Of a DNA stretch of 64,000 bases, positions 41,833-54,171 are shown piece by piece. Under the pieces are notes generated by a model. That model was not told the DNA's origin. It worked only from the letters and a program-made list of their open reading frames with translations, and ran no database searches. Within the stretch, counting starts at the first letter, position 1. Every line of letters begins with the position of its first letter. The stretch covers positions 6,634,001 to 6,698,000 of the forward strand of contig OZ024765.1 in NCBI GenBank assembly GCA_964016885.1, in the 5' to 3' direction. This stretch comes from Eledone cirrhosa. Its lineage: Eukaryota. The translations under genes were made by a program, and so were the position numbers.

Positions 41833-42466
41833 AGAGAATTCTGGCCGTATACAGCTGGTTTAACCCTTTAGCGTTTACATTACTCTTTATATACTATTGT
41901 ATTTTCACAGTGAAGGCTTTACCTCACATAATATCGAATCTAAAAGATTTTGATATTATTTATTTTGAGAACAATGCCTTAACATCAGTATGAATGGCCC
42001 GTTACAACTGGTTTGAACAGAAAGGGGTGAGAGGTGAGAGAATTCTGGCCAGATACAGCTGGTTTAAATGCCAAAGAGTTTACATAAGTATGAACAGCTG
42101 GTTACTGCCGGTTTGAACAGAAAGAGGTGAGAAGATTTTGGCTGGATGTGACTGGTTTCAATGTTAAAAATAAACTTGAATATGAGCAGCTGGTTACTGC
42201 CAGTTTGAACAGAAATTGGTGAGAGGATTCTGGCCAGATACAGCTGGTTTAAGTGCTAAAGGTTTAACAAGTATAAGCAGCCAGTAAAGGCTTTATTTTA
42301 CATAATATCGAATCTATGAGATTTTGGTATTATTTATTTTGTGAACAATACCTTAACATCAGTATGAGTGGCCGGTTTGAACAGAAAGAGGTGAAAGAAT
42401 TCTGCTTGGTTGCGGCTGGTTTAAATACTAAAGTGTTAAGTATTTTTTCCTTTTTTCCCATTCCAG

Positions 42467-42641
42467 TATAGACCTGCAGTACTATGAATACCTGGGAGTT
42501 GCTCAAACCATCAAAAACCTTGTCTTAATGTTTCCTCTAGCCTGCTTCACTAATCTATCTGAACAGCTACTGAATGCCTTTATTAGTCAGATGACTAAAT
42601 TGACGTGTTCCCTCTGTAAGAAGGCTGTACATGAAGATCTG
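42467..42641 (+). CDS. XPO4: XPO4 exon 9 (IDLQYYEYLGVAQTIKNLVLMFP..HEDL)
   Basis: ttccag / CTG|GTAGGT; phases fit the neighbouring exons. Confidence 0.92.
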
Positions 42642-43491
42642 GTAGGTTGTTGTTGTTGTTATTACTGTCATGGTTATATTAATGCCATTGGTGGTGGTGA
42701 TGGGGAATTAAGGTGGTGGTTGCTTGATCAACCAACAAATTACTTGGAATTATATATAGGGAGGTTGTCAAGTCCTTGACACAACTAATATATATATATA
42801 TATATATAGTAATAATAATAAAATTGAAGACTAAAATCCAAAGAGGGCTCAATAAGGATAAATATATATCAAATATATAAGAACCGTAGAGCAAATATTT
42901 ATTAAAATAACAGATTAAAGTTTAAGCAAAGAATCGCTGCTTTCACCCTTAACGGGATCTTCTGAAACTAACAAAGTCAATCTGTAAACGCAGAACTGGA
43001 TATTTCAAAAAACGTTGCAACCGGAGGAAGACGATACTTTGGTTCGTGGAAACGTTCGCTGGCAAAGAACGGGAAAAAACGTTAGTTTCAGAAGATCCCG
43101 TTAAGGGTGAAAGCAGCGATTCTTTGCTTAAACTTTAATCTGTTATTTTAATAAATATATATATATATATATATATATATGGAGGAAGTTATAGTTCACT
43201 TGAAGCATTGTCTAATGAGGTATAAACGTTTGTATATGTATGATAAAGCCAAAACAATGCAGGTATGGACATAGAATAAAGAATGCAAAATGCAAAAGAT
43301 ATTGTTGACAATTAGTCTTTTACCTTAGATTTATTTAAATGTCCTTAATTTTCGAGATAATATCTCTTCTTCGGAAGGAAGTAAAGTGGTTAAACCAGTG
43401 TTCTAAATAGCTTGCCAAGCATGACTTGGCAATATTTGATCCAATCCAACCCAACCATGCCATCACCACTGCTGTTTCTCTTCTGTTCCAG

Positions 43492-43668
43492 ATCAATAAA
43501 GATGAGACCATCCACATGGAGGCCTACGAGAGAATGCTGGAGGCGTGGATGCAGATAATTTCCAATGCTCGGAACTTTCCTCTTGGTTTCCTGCGGTCCC
43601 AAGCTGTTGAGGTGTTCAACTCTTACCTCCAGTGTCACCTCAGCCCTCCCGATGGAATACGCAACCAG
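43492..43668 (+). CDS. XPO4: XPO4 exon 10 (INKDETIHMEAYERMLEAW..FNSYLQCHLSPPDGIRNQ)
   Basis: ttccag acceptor; VFNSY.QCHL..PDG.RN; probable GC donor CAG|GCAAGT. Confidence 0.92.
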
Positions 43669-44272
43669 GCAAGTACTTTCATACATTCGCGGCCCCAGTT
43701 ATTCATGGAATTTTCCTTAGACACCTAACTAATAATTGTTCATCGAAACCTTACACGTTTTTTCGTGGCAATATAAATATTTTTTAACACTAAATTATTA
43801 ATAATAATATACCATATTTGCTTGTCTATTGGTTGCCGATTCGCATAAGATGTTCCCTTTTTTTTTATGGCCTTTTTCATGCGTTTTAATGCTAAATTAT
43901 GGCAGTATTGGTAGAGTGTCGGATGCCATGCTTTGGCGCATAGAGTTACGGCCCTTGCCATTCTGAGTTCAAATCCCGCCGAGGTTAACTTTGCCTTTCA
44001 TCCTGACGGGGTCGATAAAATAAAGTACCAGTAATACACTGGGTAATTGCTGGCCTTGTGCCTAACGTGGAAACAATTATTAATAACAATATACTGTAAT
44101 TGCCAGCCTATATTTTGACGTTTATCAGGCATTTTTATGGACCATGTCAAATATTCACGGTTTTTCACTCTAAATGGGTGCTCTAGCAATGTAACCCCTG
44201 TGAATACCGGGTGACCCCTGTATTGCTATCTGTTGTTATTATCATGTAAGAAATGCTATATTTTGTCTATAG

Positions 44273-44412
44273 ATTTTAGGAACTGATGTGATAGAAGATG
44301 AAGAGATAGAAGAAATTGATGAAGATGACCGAGACAAGTTTACTGACCAATTAAGTAGTATTGGCTCCCTGGGCCGACTAGTGGCTGACCACACAGTCCC
44401 CTTAATGGCCAA
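44273..44412 (+). CDS. XPO4: XPO4 exon 11 (ILGTDVIEDEEIEEIDEDDRDKFTDQLSSIGSLGR..)
   Basis: ctatag / AA|GTAAGT; EDDRD.F.DQL.S.G.LGR motif. Confidence 0.92.
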
Positions 44413-44539
44413 GTAAGTAGACTGTTTCATCTTGAGATTACCTTGTTGTTATTGTTGTAGTGATGGTTGAGGTTATTGATGTTGAAGTTGTTGAAATTGT
44501 TATTTTTATGGTGGTTGGTGTTGTGGTGGTGATGGAGGT

Positions 44540-45395
44540 TGTTGTGTGTTTATGGTTGTGGTGTTGTGTTTATGGTTGTGTTGTGTGTTTATGGTTGTGG
44601 TGTTGTGTTGTGTGTTTATGGTTGTGGTGTTGTGTTGTGTGTTTATGGTTGTGGTGTTGTGTTGTGTGTTTGTGGTTGTGGTGTTGTGTTGTGTGTTTAT
44701 GGTTGTGGTGTTGTGTTTATGGTTGTGTTGTGTGTTTATGGTTTTGGAGTTGTGTTGTGTGTTTATGGTTTTGGAGTTGTGTTGTGTGTTTATGGTTGTG
44801 GTGTTGTGTTGTGTGTTTGTGGTTGTGGTGTTGTGTTGTGTGTTTATGGTTTTGGAGTTGTGTTTATGGTTGTGTTGTGTGTTGTGGTTGTGGTGTTGTG
44901 TTGTGTTTGTGGTTGTGGTGTTGTGTTGTGTGTTTATGGTTTTGGAGTTGTGTTGTGTGTTTATGGTTTTGGAGTTGTGTTGTGTGTTTATGGTTGTGGT
45001 GTTGTGTTGTGTGTTTATGGTTGTGGTGTTGTGTTGTGTGTTTATGGTTGTGGTGTTGTGGTTGTGTGTTTATGGTTGTGGTGTTGTGTTGTGTGTTTAT
45101 GGTTGTGGTGTTGTGGTTGTGTGTTTATGGTTGTGGTGTTGTGTTGTGTGTTTATGGTTGTGGTGTTGTGTTGTGTGTTTATGGTTGTGGTGTTGTGTTG
45201 TGTGTTTATGGTTGTGGTGTTGTGTTGTGTGTTTATGGTTGTGGTGTTGTGTTGTGTGTTTATGGTTGTGGTGTTGTGGTTGTGTGTTTATGGTTGTGGT
45301 GTTGTGTTGTGTGTTTATGGTTGTGGTGTTGTGGTTGTGTGTTTATGGTTGTGGTGTTGTGTTGTGTGTTTGTGGTTGTGTGTTTATGGTTGTTG
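44540..45395. repeat. GT-rich minisatellite (tgtgtttatggttgtggtgttgtgt)
   Basis: Direct inspection. Confidence 0.9.
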
Positions 45396-45539
45396 GTGTG
45401 GCTGGGAAAATCTTTTGGATTAGAAAGATAATTCACCAACACTATCACTATCATCACCACTACTATTGCTACAACTACTAATATCACAACCACCACTATT
45501 ACAACTACCACTAACACTACTATTACTGTTATGTTTCAG

Positions 45540-45694
45540 GCTGATAGAAGACCGTGTAAGACAGTTCAACAGCCAACTACAGCTACTACAACAGATGAGG
45601 GCAGCACATAATATGAACAACTCTGATGTGTCATTAAATGAGGAACTGTTTAAGGTCCTACATGAGGATATGCATTGGTTGATCCTTATTGCTG
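45540..45694 (+). CDS. XPO4: XPO4 exon 12 (LIEDRV..LHEDMHWLILIA)
   Basis: tttcag / G|GTAACT; L.ED.HWLIL motif. Confidence 0.94.
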
Positions 45695-45859
45695 GTAACT
45701 TGGTTCATTCCTAAATCTTCTATTTTTCTAATACCTTACCTTAGAAGGAGCTAGAATAAGAACATATGGAGAGGTTTGTCATGGGGGAAGATGGCTTTAA
45801 AATCAACTGAAATTAGAGGTTGTATTGGTTGATGTTTATTGCTGGTAAGTTGTCTAAAG

Positions 45860-46035
45860 CGGGCATGTCAAACTGAGGGTCGCCCGAGGGCCACATGGGT
45901 CACAGATGTGTTGTCTGAGGGCCACATGCGACAACTAATTGCGCACATTACAACACTTTTTTATTTTACATTACGAAGATAAAATATGCTCGTGCTGTAA
46001 AAACCTTTGTGTGGGCCAGATGTTAGACATGCCTG
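45860..46035. mobile_element. hAT-like MITE
   Basis: TIR cgggcatgtcaaac / gttagacatgcctg. Confidence 0.55.
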
Positions 46036-46578
46036 TCTTAAGCCTGGAGGCCCATCCGGCCGGTACTTATTCCAGTTTCTGTGGTGTGAAGCGACAGAGT
46101 ACAAGACCCCACTCCCTGGATAGGACGCCAGTCCATTACATGGTTAAAGCCTGTCTCAAGCCAAGAGGCTCATCAGGCCAATGATTGTCTTTATTGCCAT
46201 AGCATTGGGCAACTGAGAGTACAAGACTTTCCCCTGGATAAGATGCCAGTCCATCACAGGGTTAAAGTCTATCTTAAGCCTGGAAGCTCATCAGGCCGAT
46301 GCTTATTCCAGATTCTGTAGCGTGAAACAACTGAGGGTACTTGGTGATGCATTTTGTCCTTGAGCAAAACACTTTATTTCACACTACTGCTAGGAGTTGA
46401 GACTGTGTATGTGTTTGTGTGAATGTATGTGTGCGTGTGTGAATGTATATCTGTGAGTGTGTCTGTGTTTGCACGTTTATATTTTATACTCATACATATA
46501 AATGTATGCATATGCACATATGCGTCAGCGTGTTGAAAAAAACCCTATTATTCTAATAACTTCTCTTTGTTGGAACAG

Positions 46579-46759
46579 GTCACCTATTAACAGAGGAGTG
46601 TGAAGGGGATACGCCTTTGATCCCTGCTGACATAATGGAATATTCCATATCACAGGAACCCTCTGTCAACATTGATGTCACCCTCAGGGTTCTGGGCAGT
46701 CCATCGGAGCAACTGGAGAATATTCCAGGAAGTGAACAGGGGACAGATAATGTTGTGAG
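46579..46759 (+). CDS. XPO4: XPO4 exon 13 (GHLLTEECEGDTPLIPADIMEYSI..TDNVVR)
   Basis: aacag / AG|GTAAGG; G.TPLIP..IMEYSI motif. Confidence 0.95.
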
Positions 46760-48124
46760 GTAAGGGGTGAGATACCTTCTCTTGTGTGTTTGTATGACAG
46801 TTTGTCTGTGTCTACCTGTGTGTGTGTGTGTGTGTGTATGATGTATGACAGTTTGTCTGTGTCATTCTGTCTACCTGTGTGTGTATGTGTGAGTTTGTCT
46901 GTATGCGTGTGTCTGCCTGTGTGTATTAGTCTACCTGTATGTGTGTATGATAGTTTGCCTGTCACTGTCTACCTGTGTGTGAGTTTGTATGCATGTATAT
47001 CTGTGTGTATATTAGTTTGTGTCTGTCTGTATGCGTGTGTCTGCCTGTGTGTATTAGTCTACCTGTATGTGTGTATGATAGTTTGCCTGTCACTGTCTAC
47101 CTGTGTGTATTAGTCTACCTGTGTGTGAGTTTGTATGCATGTATATCTGTGTGTATATTAGTTTGTGTCTGTCTGTATGTGTGTATTAGTCTGTCTGTAT
47201 GTGTATTTGTCAGTCAATATCTGTCTGTATGTGTGTGTGTGTGTGTCAGTCAGTCTGTATGCATGTGTGTATTAGTCTATGTATGTACCTGTCTGTCTGT
47301 GTGTGTGTGTAGGAAGGGTTTATTATTTTTTTCTCAAGATATCAAAGATAGTTTGGGGTAGGACATTTTCTTTTCCTTTCTTTAACCTTTTAGCATTTAA
47401 ACCGTCCGTATCCAGCCAGAATTCTCTAACCACATTCTGTTCAAACCAGCTGTAACTGACCACTCATACTTATATTAAGGTGTTATTCTGAAAATAAACA
47501 TCAAAAGCTTGTAGATTCGATATTATGTGATATAAAGCCTTTACTACAAAAATACAATAGTATCGACAGTCGATCGACTTTCGTCAAATCAGACCGAGGA
47601 AACAATGTTTCTGTTGGTCTTTCCAATTGCTAATACTATCTATTGGTTGCAACTCCAAGTAGAAGTAGCAACGTGAAATAAAGTGTCTTGCTTAAGGACA
47701 TAATGCATCGGCTGGTCCAGGAATTGAACTCACAACCTCACAATTGCAAATCCAATTCTCTTACCACTCAGCCATGCGCCTTCACAATAGTATATATAGA
47801 GTAATGTAAATGATAAAGGGTTAAACAGAAAGACGAGAGAGACTTCTGACTGGATATGGCTGGTTTAAATGCTAAAGGGTTAAAGAAATCAAATGGTTTT
47901 TAGTGGGTTTTTATGGAAACCGAACACAGTTTTGGGTAGGGTTTTTTATTTTCCTTCAGAGAACCAAAGACAATTTTAGATGGGTTGATTAATATTTCAA
48001 ATGTCAATGAAATTTATGTGGGTGTTTTATAGGAGTCAACGTGTTATTATATTTGATTGAATATGTCATTATCCATGTGCAGCTCTGGCTATTTACCTGT
48101 CGCTCTCGCTCTCTCTCTCCCCAG

Positions 48125-48284
48125 ATTAGTGTCAGCTGTGTTTAAGGTGTGTGATCTCCACCGTCAGGCAATTGAGGCACAACTAGCTGAGTGTCTCAGT
48201 CCCCAGGTGGGCAGTACAGTGATGTGGTTTCTACAGCGGTGGGCAGTGTCATACTTGCTACCTGATGAAAATTGTTATCCTCAG
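48125..48284 (+). CDS. XPO4: XPO4 exon 14 (LVSAVFKV..LSPQVGSTVMWFLQRWAVSYLL..)
   Basis: ccccag / CAG|GTAAGT; LSPQ.G....WFL.RWA..YLL. Confidence 0.95.
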
Positions 48285-48789
48285 GTAAGTCTATCACCTG
48301 TTATCAGTGGAGGCTGTGGTGTTTCTCTCACATACGCACACTCCCTTTCTCTTTCATACTGTCATGCACAGTCTCTCTCTCTCTCTCATACTCCACCTCT
48401 CTCACTCACACACACTCTTTCTCTCTCTCATACTCCACCTCTCTCACTCACACACACTCTTTCTCTCTCTCACTAACACACAGTCTCTCTCTCATACTCC
48501 ACCTCTCTCACTCACACACTCTTTCTCTCTCTCACTAACACACAGTCTCTCTCTCATACTCCATCTCTCTCACTCACACACTCTTTCTCTCTCTCATACT
48601 CCACCTCTCTCACTCACACACTCTTTCTCTCTCATACTCCACCTCTCTCACTCACACACACTCTTTCTCTCTCATACTCCACCTCTCTCACTCACACACA
48701 CTCTTTCTCTCTCTCACTAACACACACATTCTCTCTTACTTTCTCACACTCTTACTCTCTCACTCACACACTATCTCTGTCTTCCTCAG

Positions 48790-48959
48790 ATCAGTATGGC
48801 AATAGTGTCAGCGTTTGGTCGAGACACTACAGCGTCCCAGTGGGCCGTTGATTTCCTCCTGGGTCGGATCAACTCCAATTTATCAATATGGAGTTCAGAG
48901 GACCAACTCATGAACGACTCTTTGCAGCTGTTGGTGGCACTTGTGGAAAATAAACCAAG
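48790..48959 (+). CDS. XPO4: XPO4 exon 15 (ISMAIVSAFGRDT..NLSIWSSEDQLMNDSLQLLVALVE)
   Basis: cctcag / AG|GTATGT; SNLS.WSSE..L.ND..QLLV.LVE. Confidence 0.95.
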
Positions 48960-49018
48960 GTATGTACAACTCTGGGTTTTTATAAGGGACAGGCTTAGTG
49001 GTTAGGGTGCCTGTTTAA

Positions 49019-49939
49019 CCCTTTAGTATTTAAACCGGCTGTAACCAGCCAGAAGTCTCTTTCATCTTTCGTTTAAACCGGCTGTAACCAGCCAGAAGTC
49101 TCTCTCATCTTTCTGTTTAAACCGGCTGTAACCGGCCAGAAGTCTCTCACGTCTTTCTGTTTAAACCGGCTGTAACCGGCCAGAAGTCTCATATTTTTCT
49201 GTTTAAACCGGCTGTAACCAGCCAGAAGTCTCTTTCATCTTTCTGTTTAAACCGGCTGTAACCAGCCAGAAATCTCTCTCATCTTTCTGTTTAAACCGGC
49301 TGTAACCAGCCAGAAATCTCTCGCGTCTTTCTGTTTAAACCGGCTGTAACCAGCCAGAAGTCTCTCTCATCTTTCTGTTTAAACCGGCTGTAACCGGCCA
49401 GAAGTCTCTTTCATCTTTCTGTTTAAACCGGCTGTAACCAGCCAGAAGTCTCTCTCATCTTTCTGTTTAAACCGGCTGTAACCGGCCAGAAGTCTCTTTC
49501 ATCTTTCTGTTTAAACCGGCTGTAACAGGCCAGAAGTCTCTCTCATCTTTCTATTTAAACCGGCTGTAACCAGCCAGAAGTCTCTTTCATCTTTCTGTTT
49601 AAACCGGCTGTAACCAGCCAGAAGTCTCTCTCATCTTTCTGTTTAAACCGGCTGTAACCAGCCAGAAGTCTCTCTCATCTTTCTGTTTAAACCGGCTGTA
49701 ACCGGCCAGAAGTCTCTCACGTCTTTCTGTTTAAACCGGCTGTAACCAGCCAGAAGTCTCTTTCATCTTTCTGTTTAAACCGGCTGTAATTCGCCACTCA
49801 TACCAACATTAAGGTATTGTTCTCAACATAAATAACATCAAAATCTCATAGATTCAATATTATGTAAGATAAAGCCTTTGCCACAAAAATACAATAGAAA
49901 ATATAATAGTATATATAGAGTAATGTAAATGCTAAAGGG
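49019..49939. mobile_element. TTAA MITE with internal ~46-nt tandem array, inserted in a SINE head
   Basis: TTAA at 49015-18 and 49940-43; the SINE A-box lies before it and the rest of the head after it. Confidence 0.75.
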
Positions 49940-50370
49940 TTAACTTACAATCTTGAGGTTGTGCATTCAATTCATGATTTTATGTTATAACCTATATTAA
50001 GTTATGTTCCAAACAAACAACTTAGTAATGAGGAAGTTAGTTATATTACTAAATCCTTCCAAATTCTTAATTATTTTCAAAATCATTTGCAAACCATAGG
50101 CAGTGTCTTTCATGAGAAATACGGTAATGAAAATGTTATGGTATCTAAATTTATCTAAAAACCTTCCATCATAATTTTATGTGAGAACCTTTAAGTTATG
50201 TTCCATTAGAAATATGATAATGAAAGGGTTCAAATATTTGTGGTTGTAGTTTTTCAATGTAATGTCTTTTTTTTCTTCTTTCTTTTCTCTCGTGTGTTAC
50301 CACCAATCAACCAACCAAACCCACCAAACCAAACCGTCAAACCAAACCCGCCAACCCAACTGACAAGTAG

Positions 50371-50545
50371 ATGTAATCTAGTTGTGAAATGCAAACATTT
50401 GTGGGATTTGGTGAAACAGGAGGCTAGCAACCAACCACCTCTCGTCCTTTTATCACCAGCATCCAAACGATATCTATTGAAGGGTCTTGTTCTAGCAGGA
50501 ACTGCCACCATGGAATCACCACAGAAGGATGAATACTGGAAATAT
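50371..50545 (+). CDS. XPO4: XPO4 exon 16 (CNLVVKCKHLWDL..PPL..LLKGLVLAG..YWKY)
   Basis: AAGTAG tandem acceptor; TAT|GTAAGG donor; the start could be 50368. Confidence 0.9.
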
Positions 50546-51078
50546 GTAAGGCTTTTTGTTGTTTTACAGTGGTATATGTTGTGGTGTTTGAGGCTTATAT
50601 TCAGTGCATGTGTGTTTGTATTCCAACATATACTAGCTTTGTCCCATTGTTACGATATATATATATATATTTACACACACATATATCATCATCTTCCACA
50701 CTAGCATGGGTTAGACGGGAATTGTCCCACTTGAGGCAAGATTGATCGGGTGACCGTGTCTCGCTCGTATAGGACTATCTGGCAGGTTTTCTTCGGCTGG
50801 ATGCTCTTCCTAACACCAACCACATTTACAAGTGTGGACATGTTACCTACACAACCACATTACAGCGTAGACTGTGTGTTTTTTTGTCATGACACCTACG
50901 CGACCACTTTAGTTTGGACTGGATGTTGTGGTACCGACATAACTTTATAAAGAAAGGGTGGTGTTGTAATGGAGTAGGGGTAGTGGTTTAGGGTGTATAT
51001 TTGGTTAGGAGGGGCCTACTGACTGTAGGTTAACTTAAATAATGTGTCATTTATTTTCTCTTTGTTCTTCTCTCCCAG

Positions 51079-51283
51079 GTGCTGCAATCTCTCCATGACA
51101 GGTTCTACCAGACGGTGTGTCATGCTGACTTTAGTAAAGTGTGTCACACTGCTGCTGTGAAGACCAACATCCTTAATCTGTTGGAGTCTATGTGTGGAGT
51201 TGCACTGGCGTCTCGTGTTGATATAGTGCAGCAGCTGTTTAACTTTCTTCATCCACTGCTGGTGGAGACTGTCAAAATATTAG
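51079..51283 (+). CDS. XPO4: XPO4 exon 17 (VLQSLHDRF..LESMCGVALAS..LFNFL..)
   Basis: cccag / AG|GTAAGA. Confidence 0.95.
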
Positions 51284-52102
51284 GTAAGATCTCCTTTCAA
51301 TGCTTCTTGTCTTTCTCTCTCCTTCTGTACACAACCATAAGGTCGTTGGTTTGATTCCCAGTCGCGTGTTGTGTCCTTGAGCAAGACACTTTGTTTCACG
51401 TGGCTCCAGTCCTCTCTACTGGCAAAAGTGAGATGTACCTGTAATTCGAAGTGCCAGCTATGTTAAGGTTATGTGTGTCTGTGGAATGCTCAGCCACTTG
51501 CATGTTAATTTCATGCGCAGGCTGTTCCATTGATGGTATCAATTCGAACACTTGTTATTGTAACTGACGGAGTGTTTGTCTGCATGTGTGTGTGTGTGTG
51601 TTTGTATTTCTGAGCTACTTATCTATCTGTAGATACATATATCTCTGAATGTGTATATGTGTGTGTGTGTGTATATATATATATCATCATCATCACCGTT
51701 TTACGTCCGTTCTTCCACGCTAGCATGGGTTAGACGGGTTGTCCTGTTGTGGGCAGTAGCCGGTCGGCTGACCATGTCTTGCTCATATGGGAACTATCGT
51801 CAACATTTAATACCTGCTTTCCCAAAACGAGTTGGAGATGCATGCATACACATATATGTCTCTCTCTCTCTATATATATATATGAGCGAGAGAAACGGTT
51901 ATTGGAAAAAGAAACAATGTTTTTTCCGGTAGAAAATGTTGAAAGCAAATTGTTCTTCTTTCAGTGAAGTGTCAAAACATTAATTTATTTATTTATTTAC
52001 AATATATCAGAAGGTTCCATAATAGGGTGAAAGTAGCGATTCTTTGCTTAATTTTTAATCTGTACATATAAGAAATATACACGCACACATCTTTCTCCAC
52101 AG

Positions 52103-52191
52103 ATCTCTACCACAACTATGAAGATGTTGTACCTCTTGTATTGGAATTATTCTCTGAAGTCGTCCAACGTCAACTCTGCTATCTCCCTGAG
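52103..52191 (+). CDS. XPO4: XPO4 exon 18 (LYHNYEDVVPLVLELFSEVVQRQLCYLPE)
   Basis: ccacag / GAG|GTCAGT; Q.CYL.E motif. Confidence 0.93.
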
Positions 52192-52736
52192 GTCAGTCCA
52201 CACACATATATATATAGGGTATCCCAGAAAAATGTATATACACTTCAACAGCAACAAAAAACGCATTAAAATAAATTCTGTTTTATATGCATTATTTAAA
52301 TTATGTAATGCACTGGGATAATTGCTGGCCTTGTGCCTAAAGTAGAAACAATTATTTAAATTATGTAAACATTATTGGCTGTTTATATTATATACAATTG
52401 AATTATATCTGTAGATCATTTTATTTTTGGGAAAGGCTGTGCATTCTGATAAATATTGCCTGTACAGGTAATCAAAGTGTGTGTACATTTTTGTGGGACA
52501 CCCTGTTTGTATCTTTACTTCTCTTTGCCTTTCTAACTATCTTACTACTTCTCTAAATATTTCTCTATCAAACATTAACTCTGGGTCTCCCGTCAGTTGA
52601 TTTTGCCTGTAAAATCTATCCAGTGATTCTTCCCTTAGACATTCTAACCCAATGTCCATAATATCAGAGAAGTAGAGGCTCTATCTGGATCGACTCCCTA
52701 CAATGATTTACTCAGATATATTTTTCTCTTTTTCAG

Positions 52737-52803
52737 TCTGATTCCAGAAAAATCTATGAACTTGCCCTGTCTCTAATCCAAACCTATTCAAAACACAATG
52801 TCA
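52737..52803 (+). CDS. XPO4: XPO4 exon 19 (SDSRKIYELALSLIQTYSKHNV)
   Basis: tttcag / A|GTAAGT; YE..L.L.Q.YSK.N. Confidence 0.92.
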
Positions 52804-53119
52804 GTAAGTATCAAATAATCTATCATACACACGTTTTTCAGATTATTACTAATATTTACACAATATCTTTAACCCTTTAACATTTACATTACTCTATATT
52901 TACGATTGTATTTTTGTGGTAAAAGCTTACATAATATTTTCATAATATCAAATCTTTGAGATTTTGATTCATGCCACCAGCACTAGAGAAGTTGTCTTAC
53001 TGGGCTCAGGGGACCCTCTCAACCCCATACTTTGGCATGTCAAATATAAACCAAAATCAACAGTGGTGATGCTGATGATGATTCTAGATGGTATAATGTA
53101 TGTTGTTGTTTGTCTTCAG

Positions 53120-53236
53120 GTCGGAAAATTGCTGGACTCAACAATGAAGAGGAAGAGAAATACTACGACATTGTCTTACTGATGGAGATGTTGACACATC
53201 TATTGTCTAAGGACTTTATTGACTTCAGTGGTCCTG
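53120..53236 (+). CDS. XPO4: XPO4 exon 20 (RKIAGLNNEEEEKYYDIVLLMEMLTHLLSKDFIDFSGP)
   Basis: cttcag / G|GTAAGT; ME.LT.LLSK.FIDFS motif. Confidence 0.95.
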
Positions 53237-53990
53237 GTAAGTTGATTGTTGTTATTGTTGTTGTTGTGGTGGTGGTGGTGACTTCAGTGGTCCTGGTAAG
53301 TTGATTGTTGTTATTGTTGTTGTTGTGGTGGTGGTGGTGACTTCAGTGGTCCTGGTAAGTTGATTGTTGTGGTGGTGGTGCTGTTGTTGTTGAGGTAGCG
53401 GTGATGATGGTGTTGACGTTAGTAGTAGTGGTCCTAGTAAGTTGATTGTTGTGGTGGTGGTGCTGTTGTTGTTGAGGTAGTGGTGATGATGGTGTTGACG
53501 TTAGTAGTAGTGGTCCTAGTAAGTTGATTGTTGTGGTGGTGGTGCTGTTGTTGTTGAGGTAGCGGTGATGATGGTGTTGACGTTAGTAGTAGTGGTCCTA
53601 GTAAGTTGATTGTTGTGGTGGTGGTGCTGTTGTTGTTGAGGTAGCGGTGATGATGGTGTTGACGTTAGTAGTAGTGGTCCTAGTAAGTTGATTGTTGTGG
53701 TGGTGGTGCTGTTGTTGTTGAGGTAGCGGTGATGATGGTGTTGACGTTAGTAGTAGTGGTCCTAGTAAGTTGATTGTTGTGGTGGTGCTGTTGTTGTTGA
53801 GGTAGCGGTGATGATGGTGTTGACGTTAGTAGTAGTGGTCCTAGTAAGTTGATTGTTGTGGTGGTGGTGCTGTTGTTGTTGAGGTAGTGGTGATGATGGT
53901 GTTGACGTTAGTAGTAGTGGTCCTAGTAAGTTGATTGTTGTGGTGGTGGTGCTGTTGTTGTTGAGGTAGTGGTGATGATGGTGTTGACGT
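53221..53990 (+). repeat. Donor-site-containing tandem repeat (59-nt then ~82-nt units)
   Basis: gtggtcct(g/a)GTAAGTtgattgttg repeated. Confidence 0.9.
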
Positions 53991-54171
53991 TAGTTGTGGT
54001 AGTAGTGGTGTTGGTCATATTGATGGTATTGTTGGTGATGATGGTGTTGATGTTAGTTGTGGTGGTGGTCATATTGATGGTATTGTTGGTGGTGCTGTTG
54101 TTGAGGTAGTCTTGATGTTTGTGGTGGTAGTTATGGTGTTATTGGTGGTGGTGGTGGTAGTAATGGCAGAG

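Noticed and set aside
44460-45481. Cys/Val-rich keratin-associated-like ORFs
   Set aside because: GT-rich minisatellite in intron 11
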